NCBI GenBank assembly: GCA_963706285.1
Contig: CAVPLU010000011.1
Coordinates: 1 to 16,866 of the forward strand
Direction of reading: 5' to 3'
Source of the DNA: Candidatus Bathyarchaeota archaeon
GTDB lineage: Archaea > Thermoproteota > Bathyarchaeia > 40CM-2-53-6
Length of the DNA stretch: 16,866 bases
Below, in pieces: positions 1 through 8,689 of this stretch; the first letter of the stretch is position 1; the number at the start of each line of letters is the position of its first letter. The notes beneath the pieces are model-generated. The model saw only the letters and a program-made list of their open reading frames with translations, was not told the DNA's origin and ran no database searches. The position numbers and the translations under genes are program-made.

Positions 1-878
1 CAGTTCGTGATCAGAGCGCCAACGATTATCGTGCATCCCCCTACTATCGTAGTAGTGGTCGGAACATTCCCGAAGATCAACGCTTCTCCGATGAAAGCAA
101 CAAGAGGCTCAAGATACAGCCATACCGCAACTTTGACCGCATCAACCGTCGACAAAGAGAAGTTCCATAGCAAGTAGCCCACACAAGAGCAGCCTACAGC
201 GAGATAGAATATGCTGAACCATTGCCCGGGCTGCAAAAACCCTACTGAACCCCAATCCGATGAAACCGACATAGGGATCAACAGTAACGTGCCAAGAACC
301 ATTACGTAGGAAGTGGTGAGAAGCGGTTTGCCAGTTTCCTTCATGAGTCGCCTACTCAAGGTTGAGTACAGTGCCCAGCAGACTGCATCTAGCGCGAGAC
401 AGAGGACGCCTACGTAGAAGAGCCAGTCAATCTTCTCTAAGAATAGTCCTGGCGCCGCAACTAGTGCCACGCCAAGAAGACCGAGGAGAGTTCCAAACAC
501 CCGCCAAATACCATATTCTTCCTTGAGGAAGAAGGCTGACGATACTCCTGTAAGAACAGGTATCAAACCTACGACGAGAAGAGCAGAGATACCCGCGCCA
601 GCATATTTGACGCCGGTGTACTGGAGTACAAAATAGATCGAAATACTCAGGAAACCGAGAAACGCAAGCTCGACCAACTTGCCGAGTTCAGGATAGTTCC
701 GGCGGTGGTATTCGACGACGATGACGGGGGCGAAGATCAATGAGGCAATCCCGAATCGGACGGTCGCCAAGATTACTGGTGATAGAGTAGAGAGAACGAT
801 TCGCGCTGCCACGAATGAGAAACCCCACATAACCGCCGTTAGGATCGCAGCGACTATGCCATACGAAGAAGTCCGCAG
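1..878 (-). CDS. EamA/DMT family transporter (3' end runs off the window)
   Basis: Not in the ORF track because it has no stop in the window. Manual translation gives LRTSSYGIVAAILTAVMWGFSFVAAR..VRFGIASLIF..LQYTG..WLYLEPLVAF..GGCTIIVGALITN, with EamA repeat hallmarks (WG, RF, LEP). Both ends are in the same frame. Probable CTG start at 878, 6 nt after GGTGGTGA. Confidence 0.9.
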   Translation of the reverse strand, partial: MRTSSYGIVAAILTAVMWGFSFVAARIVLSTLSPVILATVRFGIASLIFAPVIVVEYHRRNYPELGKLVELAFLGFLSISIYFVLQYTGVKYAGAGISALLVVGLIPVLTGVSSAFFLKEEYGIWRVFGTLLGLLGVALVAAPGLFLEKIDWLFYVGVLCLALDAVCWALYSTLSRRLMKETGKPLLTTSYVMVLGTLLLIPMSVSSDWGSVGFLQPGQWFSIFYLAVGCSCVGYLLWNFSLSTVDAVKVAVWLYLEPLVAFIGEALIFGNVPTTTTIVGGCTIIVGALITN

Positions 879-1115
879 AACACGTCACCACCCATATGAC
901 ACGCCGATACAGGTGACGTTATTGCTGATCTGTTTTGGCATTTTGTGACAGATCACGTCTCACGGAAGACGTGGTGAGATAGGGCGCATATTGTAGAGGC
1001 TTATCTCGTCTTCTCTGCATCGAACAACTACTTGAGAATTGAAGCGAGACGTGTTTCTGCAGCACGATACCTTGCGGTGTCCGCGCTTCTAGGATTCTGG
1101 AGAGAATTCAGGGGC

Positions 1116-1433
1116 TCAGGGAGGGGCAGTTATCTTGATCGCTTGCACTGGGCACTGAACTTCGCATGCCATGCATTGAATGCAGTCCTTCTCTCTAGCA
1201 GGGTCTGACTTCTTCACAGAAGTAGGATGACCCGGACTGTCAATCATCTCAAATACAGTTGTAGGGCACACGCTCACACAGATCTCATCACCATCGCATA
1301 CGTCTTGATCTACTGCAACATTTGTTCCGTGAATTCCACGCTTCGTGGGAAGGCTGGTCTCACCCCAAATCTTGTGACCATTGTGATCTCCACTAGCCTT
1401 CAACTTACTTTGAAATTCAGGATCTATTGGCAT
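1116..1433 (-). CDS. zfx: Zinc-containing 7Fe ([3Fe-4S]+[4Fe-4S]) ferredoxin, Sulfolobus type
   Basis: N-terminal extension IDP..GDHNGHKIWG..GIHGT and KKSDP supply the His/His/His/Asp Zn ligands. Cluster motifs are CDGDEICVSVCP (Asp replaces the second Cys) and CIQCMACEVQCP. Confidence 0.92.
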   Translation of the reverse strand: MPIDPEFQSKLKASGDHNGHKIWGETSLPTKRGIHGTNVAVDQDVCDGDEICVSVCPTTVFEMIDSPGHPTSVKKSDPAREKDCIQCMACEVQCPVQAIKITAPP

Positions 1434-1548
1434 GGCTTGTGATCTCGGGCCCTTAGTTCGACCGCATTGGTACTAGAACTTTTCTACTCGGGGATATAGG
1501 ACCGAATGAGATGCGCTCCATGATATCCCTTCTATTCGTGTTCGTTGA

Positions 1549-1660
1549 TCTTGTGCACATGCTTGACACTTACTACACACAAGCTGAGAGATTAAAGCGG
1601 CAAAGCTCCTTCAGAGTGACATGCCTGATCTGGGAATCATGCCTGAGTGAGATTGCAAGA
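1549..1660 (+). ncRNA. Candidate TPP-riboswitch-like structured RNA (variant or decayed)
   Basis: GCTGAGA (1583-1589) and CCTGATCTGG (1624-1633) occur in TPP aptamer order. Stems: P1 TCTTGTG/TGCAAGA, P2 CAC/GTG, P3 GCTTG/CAAGC. P4 and P5 each have a mismatch and the conserved GGGG is absent. Confidence 0.3.
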
Positions 1661-1752
1661 GTGACAGCTTCCCAATCAATCCGGCGTTTAAGACGTGCAC
1701 TCCATGGCTTATATGTCAACAGAGGCATACGTGCTCTACAATGTGATGGTTC

Positions 1753-2139
1753 ATGGTGCATGAAGAACCGGTTTGGAAACGAGCAGTACTAGATTTGTCA
1801 GCCATCCTATTCTTGATAGGTGGCATTATTGCTCTGGTGAGCATCATTATGATGATCCCGATTTCTACAGTGTATCCGTTCATGCTGACCGCAAGCATCG
1901 GTTTCATCCTGATTGTTGTGCTAGTTGTGGGCGTCATCTGCGCCGTTGAGGCTCTTGAGTGCTACAGTTTCGCCTCGAAGCGAATGTCAATGAAAGCGGG
2001 AACGCGTGGAATAGTGGTTGGCGCAATTCTTCTTGTCGTGGGACTCCTTAGCGGATCGGATGTGAAAACTCAGATTCTTATCGGTAGTGCAATCCTGATC
2101 CTTGTCGCAGGCGCGATTAACTACGTCTATCGCGAATGA
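1753..2139 (+). CDS. Hypothetical small integral membrane protein (about 4 TM helices)
   Basis: 128-aa ORF with four long hydrophobic segments. TATA-like TTATAT at 1709-1714. Confidence 0.75.
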   Translation: MVHEEPVWKRAVLDLSAILFLIGGIIALVSIIMMIPISTVYPFMLTASIGFILIVVLVVGVICAVEALECYSFASKRMSMKAGTRGIVVGAILLVVGLLSGSDVKTQILIGSAILILVAGAINYVYRE

Positions 2140-2236
2140 CTCACTCGATCGTTTGTCCGTGGTCCTAGGTTCGGGAGCATCCGCTAGCCCGTCTGCTTGA
2201 GCCAAACGCTTCCGTGACTGCCGGGTTACCGAACTA

Positions 2237-3560
2237 TCATTGTCGGATCTTGATGTATTCATAGGCTGAAGGTGCGGTCTCGAAAGCGTAGTGCACTTTC
2301 TGGAAGTCTCTGCGGAATGCTGATACGTCAGCTTTGATTTTTTCGGGAGACTCCTTGTCGATAACCACACGTTTGATGAATTCAGCTATCTCCGCCATCT
2401 GTGACCGTTTCATTCCGAGGCGGGTAATCTCGGAGACTCCAAGTCGTATTCCGCCTGGGTTGTGATAGTGGCGTCCGGCTTGAATGTCGCCTGGGAGTAG
2501 TTGTCGATTCACGATGATGTTCGCTTTCTCAAGGGTTTTCTCGATGTCTCCTCCGAGGCCGTACTTGGTCGTGTCAACCGCGATCTGATGCGACTTTCGT
2601 GAACCCTTTACTTTCAGCAAGCGTGTTTAGTCCGCATTCGTACAGCGCTTGCCCGAGCGCTTGCGCATTCGCAACTATCTCGGACGAATATTCGCGACCA
2701 AATTCAAGCATCTCCGCAAACGCGATGGCTTTCCCGGCGACGGTGTGGAGGTGATGGTTGCTCGTGTTCGATGGGAAAGTCGCCGTCTTGATCTGCGCTG
2801 CATATTTCTCGAACGAGACGACAGCGCCGCCTTGAGGGCCGAAGAGCGTCTTGTGCGTACTCATCATCATCACATCCACGCCTTCGCGGAGCGGATCCTG
2901 AAACTGTCCGCCAGCTATGAGGCCTGAAACGTGTGCAGCATCATACGCAATAGTCGTGCCAATTCCGTGGAAGTACTCGGCCAGTTCCTTGACAGGGTGG
3001 GGAAACAGGAAGAGGCTTCCGCCGAATGTTGCGAGCTTCGGACGCTTGCCGTCCTTGCTCAATTTCTCGACCTTGTCTTTAGTCTTGTCTACGTCGATGT
3101 TCATCTCGTTGCGGTCGAAGACGAAGTATTCCACATCGAGGCCGTGGACGCTGCCGGCGGTTCCGTTGAAGTCCTTCTTTGCCATAGAGATGTGGCCGCC
3201 GCTCGGAATCGCCAGAGCCATCATAACGTCTCCTGGCTTAGTGAAGGCCGTGTAGGTGACGAGGTTCGCGCAAACGCCGGACACTGGGCGGACATCGACA
3301 AATTCGGCACGAAAGAGTTGCTTTGCTAAGTCGATGCAGATCTGTTCCACTTGGTCGATGTACGTGCATCCTGCGTAGACGCGTTCGCCAACCCATCCTT
3401 CCGCGTAACGGTTGCCAAAATCGGAAACAATTGCTTCACGGACCGCTGGGCTCGGAATATTCTCAGACGCGATGAGCGGGATGCTCTCAGAGAACCAACT
3501 ATGATGCTGCTTGAGTAGCTCGAACACCTTATCGTATGAGCCCTTAACTGAACTCAACAC
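2237..3560 (-). CDS. glyA: Serine hydroxymethyltransferase, archaeal type; one frameshift at about 2595-2597
   Basis: Motifs IPLIASEN, RYAEG, YDAAH and PLP-lysine STHKTLFGPQGG in ORF 2574..3602. C-terminal SHQIAVD, ANIIVN and GGIRLG..EITRLGM in ORF 2237..2620. Removing one A from ACG AAA GTC restores GFTKSHQIAVD. Start is probably GTG 3560 or TTG 3557, after GAGGA. Confidence 0.93.
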
Positions 3561-3653
3561 TACTTCCTCTAGTGCTAGAATGCATGGGATTGAACTAATC
3601 ACTCTTTAGATAGCCTGCGTAGCACTGCTGGAGCGTTAGGGGGTTGTCTTGGA

Positions 3654-4370
3654 GTGCCCAAACGTCGACAGAGTCGAAGGCAGAAGACAGGCAGATCTAC
3701 TAAAGACAAGGCAAAGGCGAGGAAGTACTTTGCCGCTGTGGCGAACCGCTGGGACAAGATGCGCGAAGACTTCTTCGATGAGACCGTAGCCGATTCGATA
3801 CTGAAAGCCTCGGATGTGAAGCCAGGAAATACCATAGTTGATGTGGGCTGTGGAACCGGCTTCCTGACCCGGCGGGCTGCTCTGCAGACACAAGGCAAGG
3901 GAAGAATAATCGGCGTGGATCTCTCCCCCTCAATGCTAGAAAAGGCGAGAGACAACTTAGCCGAACTTTCACTACTCGATGCTGTAGAGTTACGAGCCGG
4001 TGATGCAGAAAATATCCCCGTTGAGGACGGTTTTGCCGACGCAGTTGTGGGCAATATGATTCTCCATCATTGTCCGAGACCGAAACGAGCGATCTCTGAA
4101 ATGACGCGAATCCTCAAGAATGGTGGCAGGATCGCAGTCGCAGATCTGGAGAAGCATAAGGAGCGTTGGTTGCGGGGAGAGATGGCTGACCGGTGGCTTG
4201 GATTTGAATTGGCGAAAGTCCGGAAGTGGTTTGAGGATGCTGGCCTAGAAGATGTGAAGGTGGAGCTTGCGAGAACGAAGTGTTGCGGCATATCCCTGCA
4301 TGGAAGGAAGGCTGAGATCGGAATCTTCGTTGCGAGCGGATCGAAACCTATACGTCCGTTGAAGCTGTAA
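3654..4370 (+). CDS. Class I SAM-dependent methyltransferase-fold protein (resembles the C-terminal domain of ArsR-methyltransferase fusions)
   Basis: Motif I VDVGCGTG, plus GVDLSPSML, GDAENIP, NMILHH, RILKNGG and EMADRWLGF. Late CC pair (TKCCG). Confidence 0.88.
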   Translation: MPKRRQSRRQKTGRSTKDKAKARKYFAAVANRWDKMREDFFDETVADSILKASDVKPGNTIVDVGCGTGFLTRRAALQTQGKGRIIGVDLSPSMLEKARDNLAELSLLDAVELRAGDAENIPVEDGFADAVVGNMILHHCPRPKRAISEMTRILKNGGRIAVADLEKHKERWLRGEMADRWLGFELAKVRKWFEDAGLEDVKVELARTKCCGISLHGRKAEIGIFVASGSKPIRPLKL

Positions 4371-4374
4371 GCGC

Positions 4375-4380
4375 TTATAT
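4375..4380 (+). promoter_or_regulatory. Putative archaeal TATA box for the ECF S-component gene
   Basis: TTATAT about 35 nt upstream of the TTG start at 4415. Confidence 0.45.
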
Positions 4381-4414
4381 TCTTCCATTCCGTAGCCGGA
4401 ATCGTGATGGCGTC

Positions 4415-4918
4415 TTGGCACAATCGTCAGTTGCTGCTAAGTTCGCTGTTGCCGCTGCTTTGGCTGCAACAACTACCGTTGCGACTTTGATGGTTCGGGT
4501 TCCGATCCCGGCGACCAACGGATATCTGAATTTCGGAGATATCATGGTCTTCACGAGCGCTCTGTTGTTCGGGAGACTTGTTGGAGGTCTGGCTGGCGGA
4601 TTAGGCTCCGCTGTAGCGGACATCATTGGATACCCGGTTTTCGCTCCCTACACGCTGGTAATCAAAGGCTTGGAAGGCTTTGTTGCGGGTTTCATCAGAG
4701 ACGGAAAGAGCAACCGCCGTGATTTCCTTGGCTGGCTCGTTGGCGCGATCGTCATGGTTTCAGGCTACTTCTTGGCGGAAGCATACATAATGGGGCTCGG
4801 CGTTCCAGTTGCCCTTGTCGAGGTCCCCAGCAACATCGTTCAGGTTCTGTCAGGGGCCATCGTTGCTATTCCTTTGGCTCGCGGGATCAGAAATAGGATA
4901 CCTAAGATTCTGATCTAG
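4415..4918 (+). CDS. ECF transporter substrate-specific S component (solitary; substrate unknown)
   Basis: IPIPATNGYLNFGD-type signature (VPIPATNGYLNFGD), GGLAGGLGSAVADII, APYTLVIKGLEG, and about 6 TM helices. Confidence 0.9.
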   Translation: MAQSSVAAKFAVAAALAATTTVATLMVRVPIPATNGYLNFGDIMVFTSALLFGRLVGGLAGGLGSAVADIIGYPVFAPYTLVIKGLEGFVAGFIRDGKSNRRDFLGWLVGAIVMVSGYFLAEAYIMGLGVPVALVEVPSNIVQVLSGAIVAIPLARGIRNRIPKILI

Positions 4919-4926
4919 ACTTCGAA

Positions 4927-5352
4927 TTAGGTTCCGATCAGCGTCTTGATGTGCTCCATCTGTTCTCGGGAAAGTTGTTTTCGTGCCATGAATGATACTT
5001 CATCATCTTCTTTCCTCGGGATTAAGTGGATATGGATATGAGGTACGAGCTGATGCGCTGCCTTTCCGTCGTTGACGGAGATGTTTGCTCCTTGGGCTGA
5101 CATCTTCCTCATGATTGTCTCATTGAGCTCCTGAGCTTTAGTGAAGAGTTTAGCGACTTCAGCTGGAGGAATCTCTCCAAACCGCTCGTAGTGGCGTTTC
5201 GTTACAAGCAGGGTATGTCCTTCCGCGATCGGGTGATTATCCAAGAAAGCCATTAGGTCATCGTCCTCATACACGATGTGAGCAGACGCCTTTCGAGCTA
5301 TGATATCGCAGAAAACGCATGACAAGTCTAACAGCTTCCATCGAGATTCCAT
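4927..5352 (-). CDS. HIT family nucleotide hydrolase (HINT-like)
   Basis: CVFCDII Zn motif, GHTLLV and histidine triad VPHIHIHLIPR. True start may be TTG at 5325. Confidence 0.93.
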   Translation of the reverse strand: MESRWKLLDLSCVFCDIIARKASAHIVYEDDDLMAFLDNHPIAEGHTLLVTKRHYERFGEIPPAEVAKLFTKAQELNETIMRKMSAQGANISVNDGKAAHQLVPHIHIHLIPRKEDDEVSFMARKQLSREQMEHIKTLIGT

Positions 5353-5459
5353 GATGTCTTGAAGATATTCTTTCCGAGAAGTTACCGTGAGGTTTGTACT
5401 TTCACTTTGCTCTCCCGCTTATCTGCTCCCCGCTGCTTCATATCATATTCTGATGATCA

Positions 5460-5783
5460 ATGCCACCAAGACCTCCCCTCCTCACAATCATAGGCAACGA
5501 ATCTAGACTCAGGATCCTTCTGGCTCTGGCCAAGCATGTCGGCGATCCGCTGAGCGTGTACAAGATCGCAAAATTCAGCGGTCTAGAAAGGAAAGTGATT
5601 AGGCCGCATCTGAGAAAGCTTGTTGAATCCGAATTGGTTCAGGCAAAAGCGTATGGGCCGATCTTTGTCTACCGCCTGAACAGGGAAAGCATGCCAGTAC
5701 AACGCCTCTTGGACCTGTTCAACGAGTCAAGAATGCTCGGTGAAGCTCCCGTTCCATTGATCTGCTATCCAATGCGCCACTAG
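5460..5783 (+). CDS. Winged helix-turn-helix protein, ArsR-like
   Basis: GNESRLRILLAL, LSVYKIAKFSGLERKVIRPHLRKLVESELV and wing YGPIFVYRLN. Confidence 0.82.
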   Translation: MPPRPPLLTIIGNESRLRILLALAKHVGDPLSVYKIAKFSGLERKVIRPHLRKLVESELVQAKAYGPIFVYRLNRESMPVQRLLDLFNESRMLGEAPVPLICYPMRH

Positions 5784-5795
5784 ATACTTGCTGTT

Positions 5796-6881
5796 TCACT
5801 TACTTTCGGACCAGGCCAGCAGCGTTTCCTGAGACAAGTCAGTTCGCCTCAGGTTCGAGAGCCTGACTCCTACAAGACGGATCTTTCTGGGATCCTTCTC
5901 AAATTCGCTGAAGAGAGATTTCACCGAGTTCTGGACGACGTCGAGCCGATTTGTGTAATCGCTCCTGCTCTTCGCTCGAGTGAATGTTGTGAAGTCTTCA
6001 AACCTGAGCTTTAGGCCGATCGTCCTCCACAGAAACCCGTCCTGCACCGCTCGTGAGTGCACCTCTCTAACAAGCTTGTCCAGCGTTTCAGTAACCACAA
6101 CTCTATCCTCGATGTCTTGCTCGAAGGTCGATTCAGTGCTGATCGACTTGATATCGTATGATGTCACGACAGGCGTCTCGTCGATTCCGTTTGCGATCTG
6201 CCAAAGCATGATTCCCCATTTTCCGAACAGTTCGACGATACGACCGGCAGGAAAACCTGCAAGATCCCCAATCGTCTTGATTCCTACTTCTTCCAAGATC
6301 TCGCTTGTCTTCTTTCCAACTCCACTGATTCGTGATACTGGAAGGGGACGCAAGAACGACGATTCTTGATCGGGAGCGACGACCGTAATCCCATCCGGTT
6401 TCTGGTAGTCTGAGGCGATCTTCGCTATTGCCTTGTTCGGCGCTACACCGATCGAGCATGTCAAGCCTTCTCGATCTTTGATCTCTTCCTTGATCCGTTT
6501 AGCGATCTGCGTGGCCTCATCAAAATCCGCTGCCTTATCAGACAAGTCTAGAAACGCTTCATCTAGACTCATCGGTTCGAGTTTCTTGGAGAAGCTACGG
6601 AGAATGTCCATCAAGCGTGCGGAGATCTCCTCGTAGAGCACAAAGTTGGGCCTAAGATACACTCCTTGTGGGCACAGTCGGTACGCTCGCGATATTGGCT
6701 GAGCAGAGTGGACACAGAACTTACGTGCTTCGTAGGAACAGCCCACAACTACACCGCGACCTTTGCCTTCTTTTGGATCTGCGCCCACTATGATTGGGAG
6801 ACCAGTCAACGCTGGATTCTCTCGCCTCTCTGCTGATGCATAGAACGCGTCCATGTCGACGTGGAGTATTATTCGCGGCAC
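5796..6881 (-). CDS. dinB: Y-family DNA polymerase IV (DinB/Dbh)
   Basis: IILHVDMDAFYAS, SYEAR, SLDEAFLD, AKIASDYQKPDG, a little-finger domain and a C-terminal PIP-like QETLLAW. The ORF-track start (7184) is over-extended; GTG 6881 fits the family start. Confidence 0.95.
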   Translation of the reverse strand: MPRIILHVDMDAFYASAERRENPALTGLPIIVGADPKEGKGRGVVVGCSYEARKFCVHSAQPISRAYRLCPQGVYLRPNFVLYEEISARLMDILRSFSKKLEPMSLDEAFLDLSDKAADFDEATQIAKRIKEEIKDREGLTCSIGVAPNKAIAKIASDYQKPDGITVVAPDQESSFLRPLPVSRISGVGKKTSEILEEVGIKTIGDLAGFPAGRIVELFGKWGIMLWQIANGIDETPVVTSYDIKSISTESTFEQDIEDRVVVTETLDKLVREVHSRAVQDGFLWRTIGLKLRFEDFTTFTRAKSRSDYTNRLDVVQNSVKSLFSEFEKDPRKIRLVGVRLSNLRRTDLSQETLLAWSESK

Positions 6882-6919
6882 CGAGGATCCAGCGCCCGAT
6901 AGCCTTCTCAACACTGAAC

Positions 6920-6927
6920 TATTAAAA
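6920..6927 (-). promoter_or_regulatory. Putative TATA box of dinB
   Basis: TTTTAATA on the minus strand, about 40 nt upstream of GTG 6881. Confidence 0.5.
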
Positions 6928-6996
6928 CGGAACAACAATTCGACAGCGATGACTGAGACATGCTCGTACCGCATACATAACAAGGTTGGAATTGCA

Positions 6997-7315
6997 GGTT
7001 CTGGTAACCTGTCGGCTCTTGCTTGAGGGTGTTGATTATCAGTGTACTGGGAAGAAGAGGCATCCACACACTGCCAAGGATCATTACGAGGATGAATCAT
7101 TACATTTATTGCCTGCGTTCTCCCACTCGTGAGGCCCTGAACTGTAACTTGTATTCCATCTGACCAAGTTAGCATTGGAGGCACTTGAGACAGATTAGGG
7201 AAGAGCGAAACGTATTTGCGGTTACAACGCGATTTTCTCTCCGAACACTTGCATCGTTGGGGGTCTCGTCTGGTGCAAACTTGTAAAAGAGCACGCAGAG
7301 ACGGATGTCTACCGG
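6997..7315 (+). pseudogene. Decayed TorD/DmsD-family molybdoenzyme chaperone fragment
   Basis: Pieces in changing frames: GSGNLSALA*G..SVY (cf. GPGKLxAPPWESVY, weak); GPEL*LVFHLTKLALEALE (cf. GLELEFMxHL); YLRLQRDFLSEHLHRW; then, after a frameshift in GGGGG (7259-7263), GLVWCKLVKEHAETDVYR (cf. HAxTDFYR). Confidence 0.7.
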
Positions 7316-7351
7316 TGGGGGAAGCGAGCGCACGATCGCGGAGGGGAAACG

Positions 7352-8674
7352 ATGATCATTGATGTGAATGATGCCACGCTTGCCTCCATCCAGAATCCTG
7401 CTCTGCGATCTTATGCCGAAGGATACGTCCGCAACTATCAGGACCTCATACAGCATATCCGTCAGATGGGTATGGAGATTGAGGAAGCGGACGACGGTCA
7501 ACAGATCCGCGAAAGGATCGCGGCGCTGGGCAGGATGGGCGCGATCGTCCGCAATGACGGCAAGAGCGTATACGTCAATCGTATCTCTCCAAGTTGTCAG
7601 GCGTGTCAAACCGGTGTAGGAAGCATCACCTTCTCCGTGTCATTGAAGTGTCATCGTAATTGCTTTTTCTGCTTCAATCCCAGTCAGGAAGGGTACGAGT
7701 ATCAGCACGACCACACGCGCGACACACTGGCTGAACTAGATACCCTGCACGCGAACGGGCAGCATCTCCAGCATCTAGGTCTGACAGGCGGCGAACCGTT
7801 GCTCCACAAGAAAGAAACCGTGAGTTTCTTCCAACGCGCCCGCCAGAATTTTCCGAACGCTTATACACGCCTTTACACCTGCGGTGATCATCTTGACCGC
7901 GAGACGTTGCGGGCTCTCAAAGACGCAGGTCTGAACGAGATCCGCATCAGCATTCGAATACAGGATCCCGAAAATGCACGACGGTACACGTTCGACCGGA
8001 TCGCACTGGCGCGGGAATATGTCTCCAACGTGATGGTTGAGATGCCTGTCTTTCCCGATGCGCTGGATGAGATGAAGGATATGCTGACTGAACTCGACCG
8101 CCTAGGCGTGTTCGGCATCAACATTCTTGAGTTCTGTTTCCCCTTCCACAACGCAGATGAGTATCGTGCACGCGGCTACCGCATCAAAGCCAGACCCTTC
8201 CGCGTTCTCTACAACTACGGATATGCTGGTGGCCTGCCCGTGGCAGGCAGCGAGGAAACCTGTCTCGACTTGATCGAGTTCACCCTCGAGGCGGGACTGA
8301 AACTCGGGGTCCATTATTGCTCGCTGGAGAACAAGCACACGAGTCAGGTCTATTACCAGAACACATCATCGGACAGTCCGAAAATGCTGCACTTTTCTGA
8401 GAGAGACTACTTCCTGAAATCCGCAAAAATCTTTGGAGAAGATGTGGCAACCGCAAAGCAGATTTTCGACAAGAATGGCTATCACGATTATCGTCTCAGT
8501 AATGATTCCCAGTCCCTCGAGTTCCATGTCAGCAAAATCAAAATGCTGAACAGGATCCATGTCGAAGTGGGCATCTCAACGAACATTTTAGAAAAACGTG
8601 ACGGCAAGACCTACCTGCACGAGTTGAAAGTTGATGTGACCACCCCGCAGACTTTCCAACTCTCGGATCTATAA
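7352..8674 (+). CDS. Radical SAM protein, COG2108-like, with N-terminal extension
   Basis: CHRNCFFC cluster motif, upstream SPSCQAC, TGGEPLL, RLYT, LNEIR and VHYCS. RBS GGAGGGG at 7340-7346. Confidence 0.92.
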   Translation: MIIDVNDATLASIQNPALRSYAEGYVRNYQDLIQHIRQMGMEIEEADDGQQIRERIAALGRMGAIVRNDGKSVYVNRISPSCQACQTGVGSITFSVSLKCHRNCFFCFNPSQEGYEYQHDHTRDTLAELDTLHANGQHLQHLGLTGGEPLLHKKETVSFFQRARQNFPNAYTRLYTCGDHLDRETLRALKDAGLNEIRISIRIQDPENARRYTFDRIALAREYVSNVMVEMPVFPDALDEMKDMLTELDRLGVFGINILEFCFPFHNADEYRARGYRIKARPFRVLYNYGYAGGLPVAGSEETCLDLIEFTLEAGLKLGVHYCSLENKHTSQVYYQNTSSDSPKMLHFSERDYFLKSAKIFGEDVATAKQIFDKNGYHDYRLSNDSQSLEFHVSKIKMLNRIHVEVGISTNILEKRDGKTYLHELKVDVTTPQTFQLSDL

Positions 8675-8689
8675 GGAGTAATTCGGAGG

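Noticed and set aside
688-948. ORFs 688..891 (-) and 721..948 (+)
   Set aside because: Off-frame and antisense shadows of the EamA gene.
952-978. Hairpin CACGTCT/AGACGTG between EamA and zfx
   Set aside because: Single short stem with no U-tract or recognisable RNA motif.
1613-1666. Direct repeats CATGCCTGA x2 and AGAGTGACA x2 as a CRISPR or tandem array
   Set aside because: Only 9 nt long with two copies and no regular spacers.
1511-1792. ORFs 1511..1792 (+) and 1573..1761 (-)
   Set aside because: No recognisable motifs or protein-like composition, and both overlap the start of the membrane ORF.
2649-3329. Plus-strand ORFs inside glyA, and similar antisense ORFs in dinB, the rSAM genes, terC and hef
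   Set aside because: Antisense shadows of well-supported genes.
6882-7184. 100-aa N-terminal extension of DinB in the ORF track
   Set aside because: DinB homology starts at VPRIILHVD, a TATA box lies inside the extension, and the opposite strand carries the TorD remnant.
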